A stretch of DNA of 64,000 nucleotides. Origin: Macrostomum lignano (Eukaryota). The translations under genes and the position numbers were made by a program. Positions within the stretch are counted from its first letter, which is position 1; each line of letters starts with the position of its first letter. This document shows, in pieces, positions 11,723-25,760 of this stretch. The notes below the pieces were generated by a model, which had not been told where the DNA came from, did not search any database, and worked only from the letters and a program-made list of their open reading frames with translations. The stretch lies in contig NIVC01002739.1 of NCBI GenBank assembly GCA_002269645.1, positions 1 through 64,000 on the forward strand, read 5' to 3'.

Positions 11723-12205
11723 GTGTTAAAAGACAGCTTATTATTTATTGCAGCAAATATCAACTGTTTAGTGTTTTTGTTTGACACGACTGAAAATGCT
11801 TGTTAGAAAAAGCAACTAAGATTTAAGAAAAAAGCATACAGAAAAACGTGGTTATTTGTTCCTACAGCAAGATTCATTAAGAATTTCTCATGTTTCTTTG
11901 ATTTGCGGATCGTTAAAAATAAAAATTATTTTTTTCGGAAGACTTTGAATAAAATTTGAGTAGCTTTAATTGAAACACATAGTGATAAGTTTTTTTTACA
12001 TTTATTTGAGGTTGAATGCGTCGAAAACTGACTTATTTAAATTTAAATATTTTTACACCCAATAACTACCATAGACTATTCTCATAGCTTTATATTTGTA
12101 TACTTCAGTAAATAAACCTCAGAAATTTCCCGCCAGTTAATGACCATAGAGTTTTGGCCATAGACTAAGCCAAATGACTTCAGCTCGTAGATAGACCGTA
12201 GCTCC

Positions 12206-12518
12206 TTAGCCTTCGCCGAACTTGTCCATAATGCAATGGTACTCCAAGTGAGCCCGACCAATAACCCGAGCTCCATGGCAAACCAGGCCTTTGCAGCACT
12301 GTACAGTAAAGAATGGAGTGCGACAGGGTTCCTCTGCCTTAGCGCACCTAAATGGTAGACATGCGCGTGTTTTCACTTGTTTACAGTGTATATGGAGTCT
12401 GTCATGACAGGAAGCGCGATGCTTACTTGACAGTTCGAACTGCAGCTGCGATATGGGTGCCGGAGACAAGCAGGAGCAGCAGAACTTGAAGGATGATCAG
12501 TTTCTTAAGAACTTGCAT
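12206..12518 (-). CDS. Secreted knottin (ICK)-like peptide 1, 77-aa precursor
   Basis: Exon 1 12518-12427 (MQVLKKLIILQVLLLLLVSGTHIAAAVRTV, signal-peptide-like, donor GTAAGC), 79-bp phase-2 intron, exon 2 12347-12206 (K-CAKAEEPCRTPFFTVQCCKGLVCHGARVIGRAHLEYHCIMDKFGEG*). Cys pattern C-x6-C-x8-CC-x4-C-x14-C. Confidence 0.8.
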
Positions 12519-12749
12519 GATCACAGACCCTGAGACACTTATCTGTGCTTTCTGGCTGAGAATCGGTATCCAAGTGAAAACTTCTTGCGGCTCAAAAGTA
12601 TTTGAAACCAGGAAATTTATAGAAATTCCTTTGCCAAATTCGAATTCTAAATAGTAAATACATTTTTTTAATTCCTGAGCATTCCGTGCCTGGCTTGAAA
12701 ATAATTTTAATTCTTTTTTTCATTTAGAACGAAGAAAGTTTATAGAATT

Positions 12750-13329
<580 letters not shown>

Positions 13330-13954
13330 TAGTTAAAAGCGGCATTTACCTTTTAAAGTTGTATTTCAATCAAAAGTTCTGCATTTACTACTTATAGTAC
13401 ACAAATAAGATTATGCTAGTAATTAACGAAAAACAATATCCTTCCTAGTCAGCCGTGTGCCATATGCTCCGCTATCAGAGACAGCTTATGCCTCACTATC
13501 AGCTCATTGATCTGTATCTGTGCCCGGCATCTCTGAAGCTGAGCCCACTTCATTGCGCAACCTTTGATCAATCGATCTGACAGATGAAATCTTGGGCTCT
13601 TAGAATTTGAAACGCTGACTGGGTTCAAATGAATTGTTGCGCTTTCGTTTTGATAATATTATACTTGACTGAGAATTGTCTTTGCTTCAATTTCTAGTTT
13701 TTCGCAATCAGTTTTTGCTTGAATGCATCTCCGTTTCCATTCTGGAAGACTGGCTGGGGGGAAGAGGTCATGACCCGATTAAGACGGTCGTATCTCACAT
13801 ATCTCATATCTGGCAATGGCGGTTCTGGCTTAAATAGAGAAAACAAAAAAGTTTCAACTTTATCACGAAACTGTTGCTAAAGGATCTGTTGCGTTGACTG
13901 TCAGTCATGTAAATGTGTCAGGAGCTTAATTTATGTGCGTCAGGAGCATAAATG

Positions 13955-15212
13955 GTGTGTGTCAGGATCTGCATGTATTGTGTCAGGATCTCGAAGTATT
14001 GTGTGTCAGAATCTCAATGTGTGTGTCAGGATCTCGATTTATTGTGTGTCAGGATCTCGATTTATTGTATGTCAGGATCTCGATGTATTGTGTGTCAGGA
14101 TCTCGAAGCAATGTGTGTCAGTATCTCAAAGTATTGTGTGTCAGGATCTCAAAGTATGTGTGTCAGGATCTCGAAGCATGTGTCAGTACTCAAAAAATTG
14201 TGTGTCAGGATCTCAAAGTATGTGTCAGGATCTCGAAGCATGTGTTTCAGGATCTCAAAGCATGTGTGTCAGGATCTCAAAGTATTGTGTGTCAGGATCT
14301 CAAAGCATGTATGTCAGGATCTCAAAGTATTGTGTGTAAGGATCTCAAAGTATTGTGTGTCAGGATCTCAAAGTATGTGTGTCAGTATCTCGAAGTATGT
14401 GTGTCAGGATCTCGAAGCAGTGTGTGTCAGGATCTCAAAGTATTGTGTGTCAGGATCTCAAAATATTTTGTGTCAGGATCTCAAAATATTTTATGTCAGG
14501 ATCTCGAAGCAGTGTGTGTCGGGATCTCAAAGTATTGTGTGTCAGGATCTCAAAGCATGTATGTCAGGATCTCAAAGTATTGTGTGTCAGGATCTCAAAG
14601 TATTGTGTGTCAGGATCTCAAAGTATGTGTGTCAGTATCTCGAAGTATGTGTGTCAGGATCTCAAAAATTGTGTGTCAGGATATCGAAGCATGTGTGTCA
14701 GGATCTCAAAATATTGTGTGTCAGGATCTCGAAGCAATGTGTGTCAGGATCTCAAAGTATGTGCGTCAGGATCTTGAAGCATGTGTGTGTCAGGATCTCA
14801 AAGTATTGTGTGTCAGGATCTCAAAGCATGTGTGTCAGTATCTCAAAGTATGTGTCAGGATCTCAAAGAATGTGTGTCAGGATCTCAAAGAATGTGTGTC
14901 AGGATCTCAAAGCATGTGTGTCAGGATCTCAAAGTATGTGTGTCAGGATCTCAAAGCATGTGTGTCAGTATCTCAAAGTATGTGTGTCAGGATCTCAAAA
15001 TATTGTGTGTCACGATCTTGAAGCAGTGTGTGTCAGGATCTCAAAGTATTGTGTGTCAGGATCTTGAAGCATGTGTGTCAGGATCCCGATTTATTGTGTG
15101 TCAGGATCCCGATGTATTGTGTGTCAGTATCTCGAAGTATGTGTGTCCGGATCCCGAAGTATGTGTGTCCGGATCTCGAAGCAATGTGTGTCAGGATCCC
15201 GAGTGTGTGTCA
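13955..15212. repeat. Degenerate ~21-24-bp minisatellite (GTGTGTCAGGATCTCAAAGTAT)
   Basis: Direct; explains the Cys/Val-rich ORFs in three frames. Confidence 0.95.
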
Positions 15213-16011
15213 GAGCTAGGTGCCTGACTACATTGAGCCATACAAAAAATTGACCCTTGGCTATACAACTAAAATGATAAAATTTGTATTCATTTTTAAT
15301 TTCAAAGCCAACGCCAAAAGTCTCAAGGGAGCAGCGCGAGTCGCAAGAGATGGACTCAGCGAGGAAAATCTCGCTCGTAAAAATCTTAGGGAAATGAAAA
15401 AGTTACCCGGACTTGACGTCACGTTTCGCTGTCTCGATCGCTACTTTCCCCCAAAGGCGATTCTTAATTTATGAGTGACGCAACATCTAGCCCGAAATTA
15501 CGTAATCTTTGTCTTGAAATAACTGAAGAAATCTCTAAATGAAAACGAGAGACTTGAAAACTAAAAGCAAAGGAATTAAGAGGCATATCTCAAGTGCTCC
15601 CAATGCGGTGCTTGAAACCTCTCGGCAAATATTCTACCTACACGGGGCCAGTCTAGTAAAGTGAAGAGGGACTCGTGACTTTGTAACCATTATAGCATTT
15701 CACCTTGCAGCCCGGAATGAACAGTCCCTGTTTTGTTTGGGTCAATCACGAGAGAAAAAGTGATTGGCACAATTTTCACCAGAATTCGATTTCTGAACAG
15801 ATATGAGAAAAAAATTGCGTGATTAAAGAGAACTCAGATTTTATTTTAATAATTGTGATTCTCCGAGCAGACGGATGTGTAATTGATTGATGGGATTTTT
15901 GTTATGCTGCTTGGTTGCACAGTTGTGAAAAGCATTAAGCAATTATTTTCTAATCTGGCACTGTGACTGACAGAACTCAGAAGCGAGAATGTTAAGAATA
16001 TATTTTACTTG

Positions 16012-16712
16012 TCTTGGCGCCACTTTGTTACTTGTTTTGGCGCCACTTTGACATCTGCTTTGGCGCCACTTTGTTACTTGTTTTGGCGCCACTTTGACAT
16101 CTGTTTTGGCGCCACTTTGTTACCTGTTTTGGCGCCACTCTGACATCTGTTTTGGCGCCACTTTGTTACTTGTTTTGGCGCCACTCCGACATCTGTTTTG
16201 GCGCCACTTTGTTACCTGTTTTGGCGCCACTCTGACATATGTTTTGGCGCCACTTTGTTACCTGTTTTGGCGCCACTCTGACATCTAATTTGGCGCCACT
16301 TTGTTACCTGTTTTGGCGCCACTCTGACATCTGTTTTGGCGCCACTCTGACATCTGTTTTGGCGCCACTTTGTTACCTGTTTTGGCTCCACTCTGACATC
16401 TGTTTTGATGCCACTGTGTTACCTGTTTGGCGCCACTTTGACATCTGTTTTGGCGCCACTTTGACATCTGTTTTGGCGCCACTCTGACACCTGTTTTGAT
16501 GCCACTTTGCTACCTGTTTGGCGCCACTCTGACATCTGTTTTGGCGCCACTTTGTTACCTGTTTTGGCGCCACTCTGACATCTGTTTTGATGCCACTTTG
16601 TTACCTGTTTGGCGCCACTCTGACATCTGTTTTGATGCCACTTTGTTACCTGTTTGGCGCCACTCTGACATCTGTTTTGGCGCCACACCGACATCTATTT
16701 TAGGCGCCACTC
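16012..16712. repeat. Minisatellite of alternating ~22-24-bp units, core TTTTGGCGCCACT
   Basis: Direct. Confidence 0.93.
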
Positions 16713-17198
16713 TGACGGTTTTAGCGCCTTACTGTCAGCTATTTCGGCTAGTTTAATATAGTCCACTTGTTTCAGTAGGCACTGCTCACTACACAGAACA
16801 GAGTGTAAGGGATTTTAGCAAAAGCGGTGATTCACATCCATGTTTCCAATCCGAAACAGATTTGTTTTGAAACTGTCTACCCTTATAATCAGATAAGCTG
16901 CATCTCGTAGACAAATTCCGTATTCGAAATTGCTTAAACCGCACGCACACCCTAGCAACCGATAATTACAGAAGAGAATTTTGTTAGAAAATATTAGAAT
17001 ATAGTCTTTGTCTGCAATAGTTGCACCCTGTAGAGAGCGTCTGCGTTCCCAGTTTTCTAGTTCGCCGTCGAGTTTCCGGGAAAACTATTTCTTAGATAAC
17101 GCTCCGTCTCTGTCTGCTGTGTTTATCAGACTGGAAACGGTTATAAGCCTCTCCAGAATCTTCGCTCTGCTTCATCAATATTCTCATGATGACAGCTC

Positions 17199-17259
<61 letters not shown>

Positions 17260-17452
17260 ATAACAGTCTGTTACCTTCAGTCTTCCAGAAACACTTTTAC
17301 GACCTTCCACTGACCTTTGTTGACCCTTAGCTGCGTCGATCGCTTGAATAAGAAGATTGATTAATTAGTCAATTTGGCCAAGTTGGTAAGCTGATTGCGT
17401 CATGGATGGCTGTTTGAATCAGAAAAAACCTGCGTCCTGAATCTGGAATAAC

Positions 17453-17722
17453 GTGATCCCTGGTTGATCCCTGCTTGATCCCTGCTTGATCCCCGATTGA
17501 TCCCTGCTTGATCCCAGCTTCTTGATCCCTGCTGGATCCCTGCTCGATCCCCGATTGATCCCTGCTTGATCCCAGCTTCTTGATCCCTGCTTGATCCCTG
17601 CTTGATCCCTGCTTGATCCCCGATTGATCCCTGCTTGATCCCTGCTTGATCCCCGATTGATCCCTGCTTGATCCCTGCTTGATCCCTGCTTGATCCCTGC
17701 TTGATCCTAGCTTGATCCCTGC
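17453..17722. repeat. 11-bp minisatellite GATCCCTGCTT
   Basis: Direct; a short (TC)n tract lies nearby at ~17208-17257. Confidence 0.93.
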
Positions 17723-18057
17723 CGGTTGCCTGCATAAAATAACAACTAAATTCTGTAAAACACTGGCCTAAGTAAGTCTCTGTAAAATGATTCACAATGG
17801 ACAAATTCACTTTTGCCTTCAGCTTGTAGCAACTAAATTCATAACCATATCGAAACCTGTACCCCCAGGTAGAAATAGACAATATATAGTAACATAAAAG
17901 TCATCTACAGACATCCCAGAATTTTTATTACCTTGTGTAGTAGACGGCAATGACTTACAGAATGCTGCATTCAAATGAATGGTCGCTAAAAATATTGCAG
18001 ACATTGGCATTCACGATAAAAGAAACGAAGTACTAAAATGTAATTTTGAAAGAAGAC

Positions 18058-18280
18058 ACATTGGCGCCCACTTCAGCACACAGTGGCGCCCACCGCTTCA
18101 GCACACGATGGCGCCCACCGCTTCAGCACACAGTGGCGCCCAGTTCAGGACACAGTGGCGCCCACCGCTTCAGCACACAGTGGCGCCCAGTTCAGGACAC
18201 AGTGGCGCCCACTTCAGCACACGATGGCGCCCACCGCTTCAGCACACAGTGGCGCCCAGTTCAGGACACAGTGGCGCCCA
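18058..18280. repeat. Minisatellite TTCAGCACACAGTGGCGCCCAC (same family as 25520-25760)
   Basis: Direct. Confidence 0.9.
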
Positions 18281-18755
18281 AAAAGACCAAGCCAAAAGCT
18301 AAAAAAACTGCAGTAATACCTTCTGCTCAGTAGATAAACTCTTCGCAGGAAATTTTAGAAGCATTAGCAATAAAACTTTGCGACTTTCACTGGCGCTTTG
18401 AATCAGTTTTCCTCTGTGAGTTAAAAATGACATTTCTTCATTGTCAACACCTTATCATTAACTGACTATTTTCTTACCATGCAAAACAAACTGTCAAAAC
18501 TGATTAGAACAGGAAAAACTCAAAGAGAAAAAAGTTTCTCGATAAAAAAGACGCCCACTCACACGCGGACTTGGGGCTTCTCAGCGGGTCTTTCTTTGGC
18601 AGCCAGGAAAATATAAACGGGCCAATAGCAATACAGCTAGTGTTTCATTGGCCCCAGGTCCGAGAACTGTCAACCCAACATTAACGTAACGTTGCAGGCA
18701 TTTTTAAGAGACAAGAAAAAAGGTAGAATTTCTAAGAAAATCTTTAACACTAACC

Positions 18756-21004
18756 ATGACGGCACTTTTTCTGCTTTTAGAATTATTGCTGCTTTTAGGC
18801 AGCAGCAAACTTGCAGTAGGCGCTGACAGTCTCTGCTCTGGGCGGCCTGGCTCGCAGTTCTGTCGGGTTGGCGGCGCTCTGGACGTCTCCTGCTCACCCG
18901 ACACCGCCTCTCTGGTGCTCAAATTCCAGAGCGTCGCCTCCTGGCCAGCGTCTCCCGCCTCTCCCGGTCGGGGCCTCGTTGGCTGCGACTCGGTTGACCA
19001 CTTGAAGGTCACCGGCTGGCAAGGCCCCGAGCTTGAGTCCGGGCACACTGCTCAGCTACCGAACCTGTCATCGATGGAGATTCTCGACGGAAATTTAACG
19101 ACCGTTGGGCCCGACGTGTGCGGCAAACGGCTGCGGCAGCTCAGTCTGGCCAGGAATCGAGTTCGGGACCTCAGCCAGCGAGCTCTGATCGGCTGCGGCA
19201 GTCTCGAGTCGCTCGACCTCAGCGACAACCGCATCGAGAGGCTGCCGGACGGCCTGCTGGCCGCCTGCGGATCGCTGAGAACGCTGAAGCTGAGCGGCAA
19301 CCGGCTGAGTCAGCTGGGACCCCGGGCTCTGCAGGTGACTGGCTCAGGCTGCCATTTAACTCGTGTTGCTAGGGGGTGCTGGGACCCCGGGCTCTGCAGG
19401 TGACTGGCTCAGGCTGCCATTTAACTCGTGTTGCTAGGGGGTGCTGGGAGCCCGGGCTCTGCAGGTGACTGGCTCAGGCTGCCATTTAACTCGTGTTGCT
19501 AGGGGGTGCTGGGAGCCCAACTGTGCAATTTCTCATTTTCAAAGAGAGGGGGCACCAGCTACAGAGGGGGTGCCAGCTACAGAGGGGATGCCAGCTACAG
19601 AGGGGGTGCCAGCTACAGAGGGGATGCCAGCTACAGAGGGGGCACCAGCTACAGAGGGGGCACCAGCTACAGAGGGGTGCCAGCTAAAGGGGGGTAGGAT
19701 AAAATCTTAATAGAAGGTTGCCATTCATGCAACTCATGCAACTGAGGCTACTTCACCCAGCCAATTTAAAGCCAAAACTCTGGACATTCAAGCCCCAATC
19801 CAATCTGGTTGAACTCCCGCAGGGCGCCGTCAGCCTCTTCGAGCTGCACGCCCTCGGCAACCAGTTCCGCACGCTGGGCAGCCTCGAACGGGCCTTCGCC
19901 TCCAACCAGAGGCTCAGCCTCATCGACCTGCGCAACAACGAGCTGTTCGCGTACCTACCCGCCTCCGACGACGGCCTCTGTGGTCCCGAGAACGTCACCG
20001 TGCGGCTGCACTTCGCCGGGTGTCCACCGGCTCCAGCGACTGACGCGGCCGTCTGTGAGACGGTGCGGCGACACCGCTGCTTGGGCAGCTCGGCGCACCT
20101 GCTGGTCACCTTCACCAGCTGTCAGGTGAGTCAAGGAATGATTTTGGAGGGACAGAGTAACTCGATGGTAAACTCGCAACGCCCCCGGAGACTTTGTCCC
20201 ACAACGAGTGATGACGGCAATTCTGCGCATTCCTCTGACTCTGAGCACAAGCGCGTCAATACACAGGGTTTACAGCGGCCCTGACTTTCTAATCCTGCTA
20301 GGCGTGTACACTCTCACGGCCCCTCGCGGAATCGATCTGATTGAGACTTATTTTCTCCTCTCACACAGGTTCCCATAGCAACCAAGTGCTCAGTCGTCGT
20401 TTCCGAAGTCCGACCTCCAGCGGTGGTCGCTCAACAACAGCCGGAACCAACTTCGGTTAACGCAACAGCAGCCACACCGACTACCCCAGCCTGTCCCAGC
20501 GTTGTCACGGCAACAGTCGCATCCGACTGTCGATTTTTCACTCGCCTCAGCGAAGCGGCCGTCGCAGCCAAGTCGGATCCAGCCGTGTGGCTGCTGATTG
20601 CCCTGGCCGGCACTGTGCTCTTCGCTCTGCTTCAACTACTCGTCTCTCTTGCCGTCTGTCATCGGTTGAAGCTTCGCTTGGCTCGCCTGCAAGTGCGCGC
20701 CGAGCAGCTGGCCAGAGAGTGCTCCAGCCACCAGTCCTTCTGTCACAACCATCGATCGTCCATGCTGTGTAGTCGGCAGTCCGGTCTCAGCGGAGGTCGC
20801 ATGACCCCTAGCGGTCGGGGACCTTCGTCTCATTGCGGCGGCATCTCGGAGTTCGGCGACTCGACCGTGCCAACCTTTGCGACACTGACGGCGGTGCACA
20901 CGACGCCGCAACAGCCGCTACTGACTGAGAAGCAGGGAGAACCGGACTCTGGCAGCAGCGGCCTGCCCGACTCAGAGGAAGTCCCTCATGGAGATCAGGA
21001 CTGA
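18756..21004 (+). CDS. Single-pass leucine-rich-repeat membrane protein, paralog 1 (~505 aa)
   Basis: Exons 18756-19334, 19823-20125 and 20369-21004, all phase 0. Hydrophobic signal peptide; LRRs (LRQLSLARNRV, LESLDLSDNRIERL, LRTLKLSGNRL, LSLIDLRNNEL); Cys-rich cap; Thr/Ala stalk; TM (VWLLIALAGTVLFALLQLLVSLAVC); low-complexity tail with no TIR domain. Confidence 0.85.
19312..19520 (+). repeat. Three tandem 65-bp copies of the exon 1/intron 1 junction, each with a CAG|GTGACT donor
   Basis: GT donors at 19335, 19400 and 19465, spaced exactly 65 bp. Confidence 0.92.
19548..19690 (+). repeat. 18-bp minisatellite (GCCAGCTACAGAGGGG family) in LRR paralog 1 intron
   Basis: Direct. Confidence 0.93.
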
Positions 21005-21112
21005 GTCCTTGGAGTACTTCAATGGTGATTTTGCTTTGAATGATAAGATTTTGGACAGTTTTTTTCTGTGTCTGATTTCTTCATTGCTGCGTCCGAATGC
21101 AAAAACATTATC

Positions 21113-21875
21113 TGATAAAGTGTCAGATCAAGTATCAGATCAAGTGTCAGATCAAGTGTCAGATCAAGTGTCAGATCAAGTGTCAGATCAAGTGTCAGAT
21201 CAAGTGTCAGATCAAGTGTCAGATCAAGTGTCAGATCAAGTGTCAGATTAAGTGTCAGATTAAGTGTCAGATCAAGTGTCAGATCAAGTGTCAGATCAAG
21301 TGTCAGATCAAGTGTCAGATTAAGTGTCAGATCAAGTGTCAGATCAAGTGTCAGATCAAGAGTCAGACAGAGTGTCAGACAGGTTGTCAGACAGGGTGTC
21401 AGAAATAGTGTCAGATAAAGTGTCAGATATAGTGTCAGATCAAGTGTCAGATAGAGTGTCAAATAAAGTGTCAGATCAAGTGTCAGACAGAGTGTCAGAT
21501 CAAGTGTCAAACAGAGTGTCAGATCAAGTGTCAGACAGAGTGTCAGACAGGGTGTCTGAAATAGTGTTAGGTAAAGTGTCAGATCAAGTGTCAGATCAAG
21601 TGTCAGACAGAGTGTCAGATCAAGTGTCAAACAGAGTGTCAGATCAAGTGTCAGACAGAGTGTCAGACAGGGTGTCAGATCAAGTGTCAGATCAAGTGTC
21701 AGATCAAGTGTCAGATCAAGTGTCAGATCAAGTGTCAGATCAAGTGTCAGATCAAGTGTCAGATCAAGTGTCAGATCAAGTGTCAGATCAAGTGTCAGAT
21801 CAAGTGTCAGATCAAGTGTCAGATCAAGTGTCAGATCAAGTGTCAGATCAAGTGTCAGATCAAGTGTCAGATCAT
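21113..21875. repeat. 12-bp minisatellite AGTGTCAGATCA
   Basis: Direct; degenerate tail to ~21995. Confidence 0.96.
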
Positions 21876-22511
21876 ATCAATTAGAGTATCATGTAGTGTC
21901 AGATAGTGTCAGACAGATTGTCAGATAGACAGTTTGATAAAAGTGTCAGGTAGTGTGTCAGGCGGGGTCAGTATTCAGTCATACAGTGTCAGATAATTTT
22001 TTTCATGATTTTTCTCTGGCTTGCTCTGAAACAAATATCTTAGCCAATTCATGACTAACATAGCATGTAATGTCTCCCTGGATATCAATGTAAATCATGT
22101 ACATCATGTATTCATACTTAGGCGGCCAGCTCGATGCTGTAAAACGTTATAAATGTTTTTTCTCACTACGATTAAGCATGTATTGTCACGCGAAATAGCC
22201 GATGCAACTGCGTATTTAATGCTTTAATAACTTGCAACTTGGATTATTTGATTTTTTTATGAACTGAATAATACCTAGTCGGAATGAATAGTTTCAAATT
22301 TGATGCAACATTAACTTGTTTCTGTTACTTGCAGCGAAAATCGGTTTGCTAGCTTATTGAAACATTGCGATTGTCAACGTTTTTATGTAGAAAGAAAATA
22401 GATCCTTTAGTATTTGCTCCGACTACCAAAGTGCATCAAGGACTTTAAAGATGATCATACAGATAATAGATCAGATGGGTCTCATTTGTGTCTGTCAGTG
22501 TCTGTATGGAG

Positions 22512-23070
22512 CTTGTCTGGTGTCTGTCTGGTGTCTGTCTGGTGTCTGTCTGGTGTCTGTCTGGTGTCTGTCTGTCTGTCTGTCTGGTGTCTGTCTGGTG
22601 TCTGTCTTCGTGTCTTCCAGATGTCTGTCTGGTGTCTGTCTGGTGTCTGTCTGGTGTCTGTCTGGTGTCTGTCTGGTGTCTGTCTTCGTGTCTTCCAGAT
22701 GTCTGTCTAGTGTCTTCCAGGTGTCTGTCTGGTGTCTGTCTGGTGTCTGTCTGGTGTCTGTCTGGTGTCTGTCTTGGTGTCTTCCAGGTGTCTTTCTTGG
22801 TGTCTTCCAGGTGTCTGTCTGGTGTCTTCCAGGTGTCTGTCTGGTGTCTTCCAGGTATCTGTCTGGTGTCTTCCAGGTGTCTGTCTGGTGTCTGTCTTGT
22901 GTCTGTCTGGTGTCTGTCTGGTGTCTATCTGGTGTCTTCCAGGTATCTGTCTGGTGTCTGTCTGGTGTCCTTCAGGTATCTGTCTGGTGTCTGTCTGGTG
23001 TCTGTCTGGTGTCTTCTTGTGTCTGTCTGGTGTCTGTCTGGTGTCTGTCTGGTGTCTTCCAGGTGTCTGC
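22512..23070. repeat. 11-bp minisatellite GTCTGTCTGGT
   Basis: Direct. Confidence 0.93.
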
Positions 23071-23569
23071 CTGGTTCATCTCCGGTATATGTCTAGCGTT
23101 TTCTCTTGTTTTGATACTGTCATCATTTGAAAATGTGTTGAAATCAAAGAAAATTTCTTATTAATTTTCTCAACGTTAGTTTACACCAAGCTGACATAAC
23201 AAATTAATTCTAAAATTATCACTGATGCGTCTAGTTTAACCAAAAACACCGCTCCATATCACTGACAAATCGTGATAAATTTTGATGTTATTAAAAATGC
23301 TTGAATTACGAAGAAATCACTGGCGCCATCGGCTGTCTGGAAGCTGGTAAAATTTTTCTAAACAATGTTTTGACAGCAAAAGTAGCCGCGCGTGTTGTGC
23401 AGGGCTTGAAAAAAAGCGGAGGCATCGAACTGCCACACACGAAGCTGCGGCATGGCTGATAAGTAGAGAGAGCGGCTTGACTTCCGTGCACTGCGGCTTC
23501 GTAAACACAAGCGATCCGTGTACCATCTGGCTGGTGTAAGGGTTTCTGAATGTAGCATCTGGGCAGGGT

Positions 23570-24160
<591 letters not shown>

Positions 24161-24726
24161 AAGTTTCCCAATGTCAGGCTTTCCAGGTATCCAGCTATGA
24201 AATCCATGACACTGGGTCTGCAGATTGGTCAGGTTTATACACTGGGCTGAAGTGTCGCACTGGGTATTTCTTATCTGCACAGGGACTGAATTCGGTGTAA
24301 GCGCAGGTAGTTTTTGTTTTTAGGTTTCAACTATGTGGCTTTTTTACTTCAAACAGTGACTGGTCGCTTAGCCTCAGCGTGACAGTCAAATTGTAATAAA
24401 CTTGGCTTGGGCTAGCTAGATAAGAAATCGTTGCCCAGGCTAAAGTTAAAGCTGACTTCAACCTATATAGTGCTTATGAGCTGTGTTCCCTATCTATACC
24501 AGTGCATACTGAATTCGGCCATGTAAACTTTGTTATTCAATGCCTAGATAAATAATTTTCACAGACTGCACTGACTGAAGGGAAGTGTTTTGTACCGGAT
24601 ATCAACTAGGATAAGGATGCATTCCTCTTGTGATTGTCCCGGGTTCGAAAATCCTTGATCCAAGCTAGCTAGGAATTTGAGTTAACGTTTAGTTTCAAAT
24701 TAGGGGCATTTTCATTGCTAAACTAA

Positions 24727-25030
24727 TTGAGTCATTGTGGTGCCAAACTAATTGAGTCATTTGTGGCGACAAACTATTTGAGTCATTGTGGCGCCAAACT
24801 ATTTGAGTCATTGTGGCACCAAACAAATTGAGTCATTGTGACGCCAAACTAATTGAGTCATTGTGGCGCCAAACTATTTGAGTCATTTGTGGCGCCAAAC
24901 TAATTGAGTCATTGTGACGCCAAACTAACTGGGTCATTGTGATACCAAACTAATTCAGTCATTTTGGCGCCAAACTAATAGGGTCATTGTGGCGCCAAAC
25001 TAACTGGGTCATTGTGGCGCCACACTAATG
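24727..25030. repeat. 25-bp minisatellite GAGTCATTGTGGCGCCAAACTAATT (~12 copies)
   Basis: Direct. Confidence 0.93.
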
Positions 25031-25519
25031 TACCTTCATACGCCAAACTTTAAGCATCTGAAAGCAATAAATATTATGATTTTTTTAAAAAACTATTTGG
25101 TTTATCAAGTTTCACAACTCTGAAGCGTCAGTTTGCAGCTAATTTTGCAAATGCTATTTATTAGTTCCGAGACCAGGTTCAAACGTTCAGACGATTAGCG
25201 CAAACTCAACCGGGTAAGGCGTGTGTCACCGGGTCAAGGTCAGGTGACTTGGCGGTTTATAGCCGTTACAAAAGAGCAGCAATTGAGCAGCTGTTTCACT
25301 ATCCCGGCATTTCCCTTTACCTGGCTTGCGTGACCCAGCGCTTCGGTTGAAGCACATTGAGCAGAACAGGCAATATATGGCACTGATTGATTTATTACCC
25401 GATTCTCTGTAATGCTTTGGCTTAGCATTTTTCATTACTGAACAGGGCATTATTCTTGGCCTGCGTTGCTTGCTGGAGTAGTCTGTGAGTTACAGAGCCC
25501 ACCTCATCAGTGACTCCAC

Positions 25520-25760
25520 TTAGCACACAGTGGCGCCCAATTCAGCACACAGTGGCGCCCACCACTTCAGCACACAGTGGCGCCCACCACTTCAGCACAC
25601 AGTGGCTCCCACCACTTCAGCACACAGTGGCGCCCACAGCTTCAGCACACAGTGGCGCCCACCACTTCAGCACACAGTGGCGCCCACCACTTCAGCACAC
25701 AGTGGCTCCCACCACTTCAGCACACAGTGGCGCACAGGACAGCACAGGACAGCACAGGAC
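25520..25760. repeat. Minisatellite TTCAGCACACAGTGGCGCCCACCAC
   Basis: Direct; same unit family and orientation as 18058-18280. Confidence 0.9.

Noticed and set aside
13933-15253. Cys-rich 360-aa ORFs resembling keratin-associated proteins or metallothionein
   Set aside because: Degenerate minisatellite open in all three frames.
17819-18010. Possible small secreted peptide MPMSAIFLATIHLNAAF with a GTAAGT donor
   Set aside because: Weak signal peptide, no Cys framework and no convincing downstream exon.
23306-23558. Three overlapping 60-70-aa minus-strand ORFs
   Set aside because: No domain, signal peptide or phase-consistent partner exons found.
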